Both the position numbers and the translations under genes were made by a program. Below are positions 49,119 through 61,900 of a stretch of DNA of 64,000 nt, piece by piece. The notes beneath the pieces are model-generated. The model searched no databases and was not told where the DNA came from. It was given only the letters and a program-made list of their open reading frames with translations. Numbering within the stretch: position 1 is the stretch's first letter; every line of letters begins with the position of its first letter. Location: positions 389,100 to 453,099 of the forward strand of contig NW_005434624.1 of assembly GCF_000315625.1 (NCBI RefSeq), in the 5' to 3' direction. The stretch is from Guillardia theta CCMP2712. Taxonomy: Eukaryota; Protista; Cryptophyta.

Positions 49119-49814
49119 TCAGTCTTCTCGTTCAGGAATATGCACATCCGAAGTGAACGCTGAGGGGTCCAGGCAAGGAACCTGCGCGACAAACGAGGAT
49201 TCTTCCATCGGCTTTACGGTCATAAGCATGTCGCTGCCATTGCAAACCTTACATTGTGACTTCAATTGCCTGTGAATGCACATCGCAACGGCTCTGCATT
49301 CCCTGCATTGACTGCGAATGCGCCTGTGCTCACATATACTGTTTCCTCCACAATCCTTGCACTGGCTTTTGATCCTGCTATGAATACAGATCTCCGATCC
49401 TCCACATTCTTTACAGCGACTTTTCCTTCGCCCATGTTGGCATATCCCTTTCCCCCCACAATCCTTGCAGCGATTGCGGCGTTTCCCGTGCTCGCATATT
49501 CCTTTTCCACCACAATCTTTGCAGTGACTTCGAATCCTTTTGTGCACACAAATACCTGAGCCACCACATTCCTTACATTGCCTTCTGAGTCTCTTGTGCT
49601 CACATATCCCTGCACCACCACAATCCTTGCACTGCCTCCTCACTCGCTTGTGTTCACATATTCCCTTCCCCCCACAGTCTTTGCATCTTCCCCGTCTACG
49701 CCCATGCTCGCACAGCCTAGAAGGGTTAGGAGCAGCGATTTCACTAAGATCGGGTTGGAGTTGATGCTCATTCGGTGGGGGTGCCGGGTCAAGAGTCGTA
49801 GAGGACAGCGACAT
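49119..49814 (-). CDS. Intronless Cys/His-rich protein with nine 18-aa CxHx6CxxC repeats (putative Zn-binding, nucleic-acid-binding)
   Basis: CEHGRRRGRCKDCGGKGI-type unit x9; strongly basic. Confidence 0.85.
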   Translation of the reverse strand: MSLSSTTLDPAPPPNEHQLQPDLSEIAAPNPSRLCEHGRRRGRCKDCGGKGICEHKRVRRQCKDCGGAGICEHKRLRRQCKECGGSGICVHKRIRSHCKDCGGKGICEHGKRRNRCKDCGGKGICQHGRRKSRCKECGGSEICIHSRIKSQCKDCGGNSICEHRRIRSQCRECRAVAMCIHRQLKSQCKVCNGSDMLMTVKPMEESSFVAQVPCLDPSAFTSDVHIPERED

Positions 49815-50361
49815 GACAGAACAGCAGAACCAGCGAGCGATCGGTTGCAGCCTGGTATCCGAGCGCTTGTTGAAAGGCGGGAGGAGAAGAAGGAGAGGGT
49901 CGATCTTATGCTTCCTACAGCGATAGAGTGAGAGTATCTGGAATGATCGTATCTCTAGGAAAGCAAGCCATGCTCGCCCAGGTCACGTAGACGATACAGC
50001 AGCGGCAAATGACGACGACATTTTGAAGGGAAGTATATGTTTTTTCAAGGGGTGGGTACTTGCCAAGTAGTGGTACTGAAAGAAAACCTTACTACATGTA
50101 CCCTTGCAAAGTAATAAGTCAGATCATAAGTAAATATCTAGTACTATCTGGAGACATGGATCCACACAGACCGTCTTCACAATGGGGTGGGGTATAAATA
50201 TAGATAAGTTTGTCCATGTGGATCCTAGGGGGTAGGGTGGGCTGTGAAGACATCTAGCTGTATGCCCAGGCGTTGCTTCGAGAGTTTTCGTGATTTGTTC
50301 GGGCGAGAACCTAACGGATGTCGGGAAAACGCTGTCGGGGAGACGGTGAAATGGCAACAGC

Positions 50362-50438
50362 GATGGAGATGGAGATGGAGATGGAGATGGAGATGGAGAT
50401 GGAGATGGAGATGGAGATGGAGATGGAGATGGAGATGA
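50362..50438. repeat. (GATGGA)n hexanucleotide repeat
   Basis: Read directly. Confidence 0.9.
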
Positions 50439-50580
50439 TGGAAAACAGTCATTCGATGAACAAAACACATGTAAGCATATCTTATCTTTGCTCTAAGTAG
50501 AAGATCCTCTTTAAAGAACTTTTTCTTTCATACTGGACTTGTCTGGAGTGTGCACGGGTGTGTGCAAAGGAATAGGAGCA

Positions 50581-53500
50581 ATGATGGACAGAATGAGTGC
50601 GAAACGTCGCACTGGCGTCATGCGTGAAAGTGCTGCCGCCAAGACTCGTGGAGTGCATGACCCGAGACGACATGCTCTCTTGCTGGAGGAGAAGAAGGCT
50701 GAGAAGGATGCGAAGCTCAAGTCCAACCCTGTTGCTCTCTGTGACTTTCCCGAGGAGGCGGCAAGGGATAAGCGGTTTGATCCGCGCAACAAGATTTGCC
50801 CAGTATGCCGAGGAGTTGTGTTGGGACTGAACGCTGAAGGGACTCATCAGAAGAAGAGAACGAAAACGATCAAATGGCTGCATGCGCCAAAGGGAAGCTT
50901 CTGGAAAGACGTTGGGAATCACACTCTCAAGATGGACCCAAAAGGAGGCTCAGTGGAGCAGAGGAGGATGCAATGTACATGCGCACACGAGGAGACTTCG
51001 CAAGTCTCCATGCTCGAGCATGGGAAGGAGAAGGAGCGCCTGGCTGGGCTGCCTGGAATGTTGCAGCACGAGCGTGCGAAGCTCGAGACAGAAGCAGCAG
51101 ACTGGTATCGGGCAGCTGCCATACAGGGGCATGCTGAGGCTCAGTACCGGCTAGGAATGTACTACCTGGAGGGGCGAGGAGTGAGAAGAAGCACGCGAGA
51201 AGCTGTTCGGTTCCTTGAGAGGGCGGGAGAGACGGTTGCCGCTGCCGCGCTGCTCCTGGGACGGCTGTACGCAGATGGGAGTTTGGTGGAGAAGAACGTG
51301 GTGATGGCCATCGGATGGCTGAGGAAGGCACAAGATCTGGGGCATCCAGGAGCGGAGAAGGAGCTCAAGTCAAGATTCCAGCAGGAGGTTGCGGGCAGGA
51401 GGCTCAAGGTGGGGTTGCTGCAGCAGCAGGCGGCCAGCGGTGACGTTGATGCTAAGTGCAAGTTGGCGGCACTTCACTTCGAGGGGCAGGGGGTGCAGAA
51501 GGACGAGCCGAAAGCCTTCCAGCTGTACAAGGAGGCAGCAGTTGGCGGGCAGCTAGAGGCTATGTGCTGTGTGGGGCTGTGCTACCTGAGTGGGAGGGGA
51601 GTGAAAAGTAGCGTCGAAGAGGGGAAGCGGTGGGTCATGCGAGCCGCGTACCTGGGGCATGGTATCGCACAGCTGGAGTTGGCGGAGATGTATGAGAACA
51701 ACATGATGATCGAAGACGAGGAAGAGAGGAAGAGATGGAAGAGGAAATGCCTGCACCCTCAAGAAGCCATACTGGACTTGCGGTACATTCCCGAGAGTCA
51801 GATGTGTCCTGTGTGCAGTGGAAAGATCAGGAGAGGAGGGGATGATGATGATGAGGAGGAGGAGGAGATGTCTGCTGTTGAACGGGCTAGGCTGCTACGT
51901 CGGGAAGCCTCGAAGTGGCTGGAAGGTGAAGCCACCAAGTTCCTCCTTGAGGAAGCGAAGCCGCAGGGAGGAAAGATCAGAGTGAAGACTGCAGACATGA
52001 TACGAGCAATAGCGACTATGAGGTGAGGCTAGCTGCTAAGACATCAAATTCCTCTTGTCTTGTGCTATCATGCCAAGACCCTCCCTTCTCCCCGCCTCTT
52101 TCCCCTGTTAGCAAGGACGTGTCAGCGATTCCCTCCCCCCCCCCACCTTCCTTATGCTGAATCCATAGCGGATCAGCCTCTGTGACATGAGGGATATGTG
52201 ACATGTTCATCAGCGATCGAATAGCAGAGAGCATGAAGTTTGCCGCACAGAGGACGATCGCATCTCAGCTCGTCCGAAGATATTCCCAGAAAAGATATAT
52301 AAGGATGGTTACAAGACAAGAATTCATACCGGTAAAGCCCTTCTCGTCCTCTTCCTCGTCCTCTTTCTCGTCCTCCTTCTTCTCTTTCTCGTCCTCTTCC
52401 TCCTCGTCCTCTTTCTCCTCGTCCTCTTTTTATTCCTCCTCGTCCTCCTCGTCCTCCTCGTCCTCGTCCTCCTCTGTGCTAACTTCGCTGTCTCAGAATG
52501 CATTCTCCTCCGGGATCGGTCTCCTCCGACTTGAGAATGCGTGCAAGGCTGAGTTCGAAAAGCTGGGAAGGATGAGAGGAGGGGGAGAGACCAACTTCTC
52601 GTTGGCAGAGCTCCGGATGGTTGAGGAGGAGGCAAGAGGAATGGCCTCGACCCTTAACTCTTCCTCCTCCGCCTCCTCCGCTCCTGCCGCTTTCTCCGCC
52701 CTCCCCGACCTCCTTAGCCTTTGCGACCAGCGAGATAATTCATGGTCGGGGAGACAGAGGAAGGAGGAGGAGGACAAGCAGGAGCAGGGAGGGGAAGAGC
52801 CGTACCTGGATATCGAGTGGAAGAAGCATGCCATGGAAAAGGTACATGACAACCTATATGATCCTCCCGTCCCGTCTCGTCCACTCCTCTCCTCTCCTCT
52901 CCTCTCCTCTCCTCTCCTCCCCTCTTCCTCCCATTCTCCGCTCCTCCGCTCCTCCTTTCCTCCTCTCACGGGACTTCCTACCTCAGGAGTCAGAGATGCT
53001 GAGGACGGGAGATGCTGTTGAAATCCTGGTCCGGTTCGATCGCGGATCGCAGGCTCTGTTCGCCGACTCGATCACGAGACATCATCCGGGGATGGAAGAC
53101 GTACCCGTGTTCTCCTTGTCCAGGGTCAAGGAGTGGCAGGAGGTCGAGTTTACCTGAGACTCTCGTTTCCTCGCTGACATGAATTCGCTGACAGGACCTG
53201 TTCCGGACGGCGGAGACGATGGCGGCGCTGGAGGCTAAAGATGTCAAAAACCAGGATGAGCTGCTGGAGGAGAAGATAACGCAGGAGGAGTTTCTCAGCA
53301 GAAGGGAGCTAATCTTCAAAAGGATCGAGCTCAATCGTCGTCATAAGGCGATGTTGCAGTCCAAGGTGTCCTCTGTGAGTATCTGTTGCTGCTCTCCCCG
53401 GGTCTGGTCCTGACTCTGATGTCTTGCAAGGCTCTTTTCGAACAGCAAGCTCCTACCGCCTTTACCCAGTCAGATGTCAAGGCGGCGCGTGAGAGGTAAA

Positions 53501-56310
53501 CACGATCTTTGACATGTTCTGATGGACTTCTTGTTTCATGTTCCCACCACAATCTGAGCTCTTCTTGTCCTTGTCGTGACACGTTCTCTTCGCCCTCTCT
53601 GTGTCTTCAGCTTCATCGCTCGTCTGCTCATCATCTTTTCAGTCTCAACCGCATCAGAGGAGAAGTTGTCGAAGTTCTCCCCGGCGACGCTGACGCGCAA
53701 CTGGAGCTCGGGTGACTGCCTGACCTCCCCTCACCTCACCTCCCCTCACCTCACCTCACCTCACCTCACCTGCTTCTCTTCTTTCTCCTGCTTCTCCTGC
53801 TGCTCCTCAACTGCCTTCTTCATTGTCTTCGTCGGTGAAACAAGAGCAGGTTTAGATTTGCAGAGGGCAAGGGTGCGATGAGAGACAATTTCAAAGCTGT
53901 CAAGTGGATGAAGCAGGCTGTCGAACAGGTTCCTCTCATGCCTCGTTGCCCCTCCTCCAAACTTCAACTATCTCCATCTACTTTCTTCAACTATCTCCCT
54001 CTACTCTCTTCAACTATCTCCCTCTACTCTCTTCAACTATCTCCCTCTACTCTCTTCAACTATCTCCCTCTACTCTCTTCCCCTCAACTGTCCTTCTCGC
54101 ATCTCCTCCTCTCTCATCTATCTCCCCTCCCGCAACCCTTTCCACAGCCTCCCCTCTCCCTTTTCATCACCTCCTTTCCCTCCTCCGTCCCTCCGTCCTG
54201 CCCTCCCTCCGTCCCTCCCTCCCTTCTTCTTCTTCTTCCTTCCTTCCCTCCCTCCCTTCTACTTCTTCACTTGTTCATCTTCTCAGTCTACTTTCAGGAT
54301 CATCCCCTTGCTCACTGCGCGCTAGCCATCATGCTCGCAACAGGGCGCGGCGTCCCTTGCGTCGACAGGGAGGCAGCGATGAGGCACCTGCAGCGAGCCG
54401 CCGACGCCAACGTTGCCATAGCTGAAACTTTCTTGATGGATCTTGAGAGGTCAGAGGGAGGGAGCGGGAGGAGGGAGCGGGAGGAGGGAGGAGGACAATG
54501 AATAGAGAGAGAGGGCAGGGATAAAGGGGCAGGCGCATGGGTATGAAAGAGGAAGGAACGACGCTTCCGAGATTTGATCTTATGTTCTCGTTCACGTCGG
54601 CAGATCCAAGGAAGAGAGAGAATGGCGACAAATCCCGAGAGAAGTTGACAGGATAAGGAATGTTCTATGCAAGGAGGCGGACGAGAATCGCCGTACGAAG
54701 GTAGGACTTAATGATGATGATGATGACGACGACGACGATGGATATGATGATGATGGAGATGATGATGATAATGAGGAGGAGGAGGAGATCGTGGTGGTGG
54801 TCGTGGTGGTGATCATGATGACGATTGCTTTCATATTCTCGGATCTATCGTTTGTCATGTCTAATCATTTCTCAGGCTTTCCCAATCGCCACCCATAGGT
54901 CCCTTCTCCTTCTCCTTCTCGTTCTCGTTCTCCTTCTTCTCTCCCCTCTTCCCTCTCGCTCATCCCTCCTAAGGCTCCCCTTGCTCGTATCCCTCCCCTC
55001 TCCTTGCGCCCCTCTCTTCTCCTCTCCCCACCTGCCTCTTACCTCCTCCTCCTCCACTACAGGCTCGGCGAGCTCTTCTCTGCTGCTGGCGCTATCTTCC
55101 CTGGCGCCCTCGGCATTCGGCGCAAGTGGTGGCAGAGCATCGAGATGTTCCGGCAGGACGATGAGCGAGCACTTTCCCTCTTCCGGTCTGCTCAGAACGT
55201 TCCGCCCAAGGAGGTACCTCACACTCGCTCCTCCTCTCCCTCCCCCTATCCTCTTGTTTTCTCTCCTCTCCCTCTCCCTCTCCCTCTCCCTCNNNNNNNN
55301 NNNNNNNNNNNNNNNNNNNNNNNNNNNNNNNNNNNNNNNNNNNNNNNNNNNNNNNNNNNNNNNNNNNNNNNNNNNNNNNNNNNNNNNNNNNNACCTTTCC
55401 CTTTTCGTTCCGCCTTCCCCTCCCAAAATCTTTTGTTTTGCACTCTCCTTCCCCCTGTCCTTTTCCATACTGGTTTCCTTCTTTCCCCCCCCCCCCCCCC
55501 CCTCCCCTCGCTCTTCCCCTCCTCCTCCCCCTCCCCTCGCTCTTCCCCTCCGCCCTCTCAGCTCTTCTCCCTCTCCGCTCACAGATGACCGCAGGGAGTT
55601 TATCCTCCCAGTCTCATCAGCCTCGGCGAGATGTTCGAGTACAACAAGACAGCGCGAGGATGCGACAACAGGCGGGCACTGAAGGTAATGAGGCCCTGCC
55701 GCCGCCGCCGCCGCCGCTGCTCACCCTCCTCCCTCCTCCCTGCTGCTGCTCCTCCTCTTCCTCTTCCTCCCTCCTGCTCCCTGCTCCCTCCTCTGCTCAT
55801 TGTTTTTGTTTGCAGATGTACGGGAGCGCAATGAGTGCTGTAACATCAAACTACTCCGAGCAACGAGCGTTGACAAATATCAACGCTATCAGGACCAAAG
55901 AAAACATCGATCGAGGTGAACATCTAAGAACGTGAGTTTTGCAATGTTGACATCATACAAGATACATGGGACGCCAAGACGAATCACATGAAGAAAGGTG
56001 ATGTGTTCAATCATCGTCATCACTCTCCTTTCCTTACATGCTTTTCAGAACTCTCGCGGATCTTGAAGTTGACGGACTGATATCAGCACCTCGGGATGCA
56101 TCTCAACATGAGATCAGAGTGAGAAGGCTCGACCAGCTCGCTGATTTCCTCCTGAACACCATCATCGTGCTCATCATAATCAATGACGACGACAATGTCC
56201 AACATCAACACTATCATCACAAGAACCACAAACACAACCACAAACACAAATATCATCTCTATCATCAACAACATCACAAAAACTTGCAGACATATTTTTC
56301 ACACCTGTAG
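50581..56310 (+). CDS. Sel1-like repeat protein, multi-exon, spanning the assembly gap (could be more than one gene)
   Basis: AADWYRAAAIQGHAEAQYRLGMYYLEGRGV, AKCKLAALHFEGQGVQKDEPKAFQLYKEAA and HPLAHCALAIMLATGRGV; introns are enlarged by CT-rich microsatellites. Confidence 0.75.
53963..54078. repeat. Approximately 23-bp intronic tandem repeat x5 (cttcaactatctccctctactct)
   Basis: Read directly. Confidence 0.85.
55293..55392. other. Assembly gap (100 N)
   Basis: Run of N flanked by CT-rich sequence. Confidence 1.
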
Positions 56311-57355
56311 ATAGCAAGCATCCCTTCTGTTTCACGTTTGAGCACATTGTGCAAAAATAGTAAAAGAATCAAGACGCTTCGAAAGGCTGACAAGGGCAAG
56401 AACCTCGAACGAGACTGACAGGCATCAATGAACGCTGCGATCAGAGGAGACAGGGTGGTATGAATCTCTCCCGACGGTAAGTTGGCCGCCTGCCCCATCT
56501 CACAGCCTGCATGTCAAACAAACTTCTCACTCACCGCATGCTGGTGGAGGGTCTCCAAAGAACTGCGAGCTTCCGTGTAGTTCTGTCGATCAACCAAAGG
56601 GGCAGACTTGTCATACGTTGCAACCCCTCCACAACCTCCTGCCTCCTGCCTCCTGCCTCCTGCCCCGCCCCCGCCCCCGCCCCCCTGCTCCCTCTGATCG
56701 CTAACCCTCACCTCAAGAATGATCTGAATGATACAGTCTGACAACATGGCTTGAGCCACTCCAGCTTGATCCTCAATCACATCAGCTACAGCGCCTTGGG
56801 AAGAAGCTGCAGCCGCAAGTCACTTCCCTCCATCCTTCCCGCCACCCTCCTCACCCTCCTCACCCTCCTCACCCTCCTCACCCTCCCCTCCCTCCCCTCC
56901 CTCCACTCGCTCTCCCTCCTCACATCTCGCTGATCGCCGCTGCAGAATCGTCATCAACCAGTGCAACGAGTCGCTGGCAGCGCTGTAATCCCCAGCTTCA
57001 ATCCTGAGTCCATGTCACTTTCACGTCTCCTCCGTACCTTGACCTTGTCTCAACCTCCCTCCCCCCTTGACCACCTCAGCCTCCCTTCCCTGATAAGTCT
57101 CTACCTGCTCTTTGTACCTTGTTTCATCTTCCTCCTCCCTCCCTTCTCTCCCATCCTCCTCTTCCTCCCTCCCCTTCCCTTTCTCCTTTTCTTCGGCACG
57201 AGTTTTCTTGCTCACCGACTCTGGATTGATTTTCGGATCAAACTCTCAGACAGGAAGGGCGACTGAGTTTCGACGAGCTGAGCAGCTTTCTCCAGGTAGA
57301 TAGCAGCATCGCAAGTCTGCGAGCAAGTGGCATCAGTTCGGCAACCATGAAACGA

Positions 57356-57388
<33 letters not shown>

Positions 57389-58169
57389 AAGAAGAAGAGT
57401 TTTTCACAAAGTTCTCACCTCTCCGATATCGTACAGGTGCTGGCCCATCTCAGCATACAGCGAGCTCGCAAGTCCGAACTTCTCATGCTGCATGTAGACG
57501 CTGATAGCGCACAGGTAGCAGTTGATGGCTTCGGGCAGCAGCTAGCAACCGCCCGGTCACTTGATGCACCACCAGCCTCGTCCCAACAACCTCTCGGAAA
57601 GTCTTATCGTCCTCCGAGTTGATTTTCTTTGCCTCCTCTCTCCACAGCAGCTTCACTTCCTCATCAGCATCCCGACAACTCAGCCCGCGCTCCTTTGCTC
57701 ACCTCCCCTGCTTGCACCTCCAAGTTCGCAGCCTTCAACGGACTCTCCAGCGCTCGTTGGCAATGGGCCGCTGACATGCAGCATATTGCTGACGGCAGGA
57801 GGTGCTCAGATGGCAGCATGTTGCATCAGCATCGACAACACCTGCATGGGGAGCGTTTCCTTCCCTCCGCAGCGCCCCGGCAAGCTCCAAGAGCTCTTCC
57901 GTGGCTCCCTGTAAGGTGTTAAGGAGGCATGGTCGGAGCTGAGCGCATTCTCACATTGTAGTCTATCTTCTTGAAAAGTCTCTGTCAACAACAGATCTCG
58001 TCAATCCAAGTTATTCGATCATTACAACACGAAGTCACGCTCGATTGCGAGCGACAACACGAAGCTCAGCTTTGATCTTTTGATAAGGACACATGTTCCA
58101 CCAAGACCGTACAGATCAACTCACACCTGGCACAAGGAATCATCATCATCATCATCTCCATCATCATCA

Positions 58170-58202
<33 letters not shown>

Positions 58203-58357
58203 TCCATCTCCATATCCATCTCTATCTCTATCTCTATCTCCATCATCACTACAAGCGTCATATCTCTGCCAATCGCTTCTGCCATGTCGAATCGTCTGAC
58301 CTTATGGATGTTCTGTTGTATCTTATGCAGCTCCTCATCGAACTTCGCCACCTCCAT
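56274..58357 (-). CDS. HAP40/F8A1-like (huntingtin-associated protein 40; SNAP/TPR-like fold), intron-rich
   Basis: Manual splicing gives MEVAKFDEELHKIQQNIHK|RLFKKIDYN|GATEELLELAGALRREGNAPHA|AICCMSAAHCQRALESPLKAANLEVQAGE|LLWREEAKKINSEDDKTFRE|LLPEAINCYLCAISVYMQHEKFGLASSLYAEMGQHLYDIGE|TCDAAIYLEKAAQL. Confidence 0.65.
58139..58248. repeat. (CAT)n/(ATCTCT)n intronic microsatellite
   Basis: Read directly; within the first intron of the HAP40-like gene. Confidence 0.85.
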
Positions 58358-58904
58358 CGTCTCCCATTTCACTGCGGCATTCTTGATCCCACCCCCTCTA
58401 CCTCTACCCCGTCAAGAATGACCCCCACCCCTTCCATTCCCCTAGTTGACAAGGTAAAATCTCGACATTCTCCCTCTCTGATTACAGAGTACCCCCGCAT
58501 TTAACAATTGTATTCTTTGTGGGATCATACCCCTCTATTGCGCCATACTTGGAGGGGTATTGTTTTCGTACCCTTGATTTCTGGTACCCCTCAGTTAACA
58601 GTTATTGAACCGGGTGGTGTGTCCGACCTGAGCCACGTCCGCTATGCAGGGAGGCGCTTGATGCAGTCCTGAGCCCCCGCCTGCATCAACCGCTGGCGCT
58701 CGATCCTTCCCCTCCTTCCTGTCTCCTCCTCCTCCTCCTCCTCCTCCTTCTCCCTGCTACCTCCATTCCCTCCCCTACTCGTTGCCTCCTCGACTTCCTG
58801 GTACTGGCTCTTCAATCGCCTTGGTTGGTCTGACACCTTGCGGCCTTGTTGAAGTGCTGTTGTCGATCTTCCCTCACTCGCTTCTGCCTGTCTGAAGTAT
58901 TGAC

Positions 58905-61900
58905 ATGTCCTACTCCGTGCATGACGCTCGAGACGTCGTGAAGAACCTCCGAGCATGCCTCAGCGCCCTCAGCCTGAAGGCACCGAGCCCTGGGTCCTAC
59001 GAAGGCTCGGGCTCCTCCTCGAGCATCTGCACCATTGGGCTGATGCTGAATGGATGTGTCATAGACAACATGATGCCCGGAAGCTCCTCGTTCCTGATAG
59101 GAAAGATCAGGCCGGGAGACGTGATCGAGTCGGTGGACGGGAAGGAAGCTCGCCCCGAGAACGTGGTGGAGCTGATACGAGGAAGCGACGTCCCTGGAAG
59201 TAAGGTGGAGCTGAAGCTGAGGAGCTCCGACCGATCCTTCAAGGAGCTCCACGTCCCGCGCGAGATCAGGTCGAACGTCCTGAAGCAGCGCGACCTCTTC
59301 ATGACGCTGGGTGAGTTCTTGCCGTCGAGGGCTCGCAATGACTGACTTGGATGCAGATGAGATGAGGGGGGTGGCTTCCTCTCAGATCCTCGAGCAGCGG
59401 GGGAAGAAGAAGCCGGACGACAACCTGATCAAGGCGCTCAACCGCTTCGTCGACAGCAGCACCGGAGCCATCGAGGGCCTGACGTCAGTTGGCAACGCGC
59501 AGCTGCTGAGAGAGATGGAGCTCCGCGACCATATCGACAAGGTCAAGGCCGTGACCCGTCAGTACCTCGACCGCCTCGACTCGGCGCTCGCTAATCTGGC
59601 GTTCAGTGAGACTGAGGAGGGAGGAAACGAGGAGGGGAAGGAGGGAGGGAAGGAGGGAGGGGATGCAGGAGGAGCAACCCACCAGCAGAACGGCAGCAAG
59701 AGCGACAAAAGGTTCGAGTCCCTTCTTCACAGGTGCAACGAGCTCGAAGCTCGCCTGTCGGATCGAGACGCTGCCCTCCAGCTCCAGCAGCAGACGCACG
59801 CGACCGCCATGCTGCGATTGCAGGCAGAGATCCAGAGCTTGCAGGACCAGCTGGCCTTCGCACAGGCGCAGGGGAAGGAAGTGACGCCAGCGCAGCCCGA
59901 TGACGTCACCCTCTCAGGGCAGCTGAGCAGAGCGAAGACGAAGATGGCGAAGCTGGAGGCTGAGCTGACGGTCGCTAAGAGCACGATGCAGTCCAAGAAC
60001 GCAGCGATCACAGAGGCGCGCATGGAGGCGCAGGCGGCGCATGACGCCAGCAGGGCGGACAAGGAGGCGCTGAAAGTCTGCAGAGAGAACCTGGAGCGAG
60101 CAAATGCGGAGCTGAAGAGCCTGCAGAGGAACGTGAACCTCCTGTCGCAGAAGCAGGGGGTGACGGAGAGCGTCGCAGCGACAGCGGACGTCTCGACCCT
60201 CAAGGTTGAGATCGCTCGGCTGACGCAGGAGGTTGTAGCGCAGACGGCCAAAGCAGCGCAGGCGGAGAAAGCAGCAGAGCAGGCGAAAGAGGAGGCGAGA
60301 ATCCTCCTTCGCAAGAGGCAGGCCGATCAGAGCGCGATAGCCCAGGTGGAGGCGGACGTGATGGCGGCAACGAGGGCGTTGGCGATGCAGGAGCACGGAG
60401 ACGCTGCGAACCCTACGAGCGAGGAATTGGCCAAGGAAGAGGCGAACCTCGGAGATCAGCACGCTGAGGAGGATCCGAGCCAGAACCCGAACCCTGAGAG
60501 GCACAAGTATGAAGCAGCGATCATCAAGATCGGCAGCCTTCAGCAGAAGGTGCAATCTCAATCCCCGTCCTGCTCCCTCTCCTTCCCCTTCCGTCCTCCT
60601 CCGTCTCCTTCTCCTTCCGTCTCCCCCCCCACCCCCCTCCTTCTCCCTTCTCTGTCCCTCTTGTTTTTCTCTTCTTTGTTTGGCTCTTCCAATCCTTCTT
60701 CCCTGCGGTTCTTTCCCCCCAACCATCTCGCTGCTCCTGTAAGTCCTGGCTGACGGGGCGGGCAGGTGGCAGAGCTTCAGGGTGTCATCAAGAGCTACCA
60801 GAAGGACGGGAAGACTGGAATCCTTGAGATGCAGACGGCAGCGAGGTCGGCGACAGAGGCGAAGCAGGAGCTGGAGTCGGAGAAGAAGAGGAGGAACGAG
60901 GAGAGGACGCAGCTCACTGCCAAGATGCAGACGCAGCGAGAGGAGCTGGAGAACAAGGTGCTGATGACGGAGAAGGCGAGAGTGAAGCTGCAGGAGCTGC
61001 TCGCCAAGAAAGAGGCGCAGCTGGAGAGGGTGACGGAGGAGGCGCGCAAGGCAGCCACAACGATGAAGGAGGAGATGCAGAACATGCAGGCTCGGCATGA
61101 GCAGGCATGGCAGAGGACGGCAGATGCAGTCGACAGGCTGGAGAAGGACACGACCGAGGCTAAGGAGGAGAGAGACGCTGCAGTGAAAGCGAGGAAGGAT
61201 CAAGAGAATTATGTGAAGTCCATGGAGGAGGAGGTGAAGCAGATGAAGGAGCGACTCGAGCAGGAGACGAAGAGAGCGTCGGATGCTGTAGAAGGTGAGA
61301 TCATACTTGGAGGAGCAGGCAAAATTTCTGACGTCTCGTGCAGCTGCCAACAAGGAAGCGAAGCAGGAGATCGACAAGAAGGAGCAGGAGTGCAAAGACC
61401 GTATCCTCCACCTCGAGACCGACAACGCCCTCAAGCTCAAGGCCATGCAGGAGCAGTTGCGAGCGGCGCACGACAGCGTGACGGATTCGTACGCCATGGT
61501 AGCACAGGCGCAGGCGAAATGCTTGGAGGAGGTGGAGAAGGCGAGGGAGAGGGAGGGAGCTGCGAGGAAGGAGGCGAGGGAGGCGCAAGACGCTCAGCAG
61601 CAGGAGTTGAAGAAGCTGCAGCGGCACCTGGCAGGAGTGACGGGGGTGAAGGAGGCAGAAGTGGAGCGAATGAGCACGAGGATCGCGACTCTGGAGATGA
61701 CGATCAAGACGAGGAACGCGGAATCAGTTGCCATGCAGCTCGAGATCGAGCGGCTGAACCAGCAGACGGAGCAGGAGCGGCAGAGGAGGGAGGCGATGGA
61801 GCAGGACTACCAGCACGCCATGAAACGACTGTCAAAGAGCGACGAGGCGATCGCCCGGGCTGAGGCTCGAGCAAGGGAGGCGGTGGAGAGAGGGCAGGAG

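Noticed and set aside
55240-55560. ORFs spanning the N gap
   Set aside because: Artefacts of translating through Ns and CT-rich intronic microsatellite.
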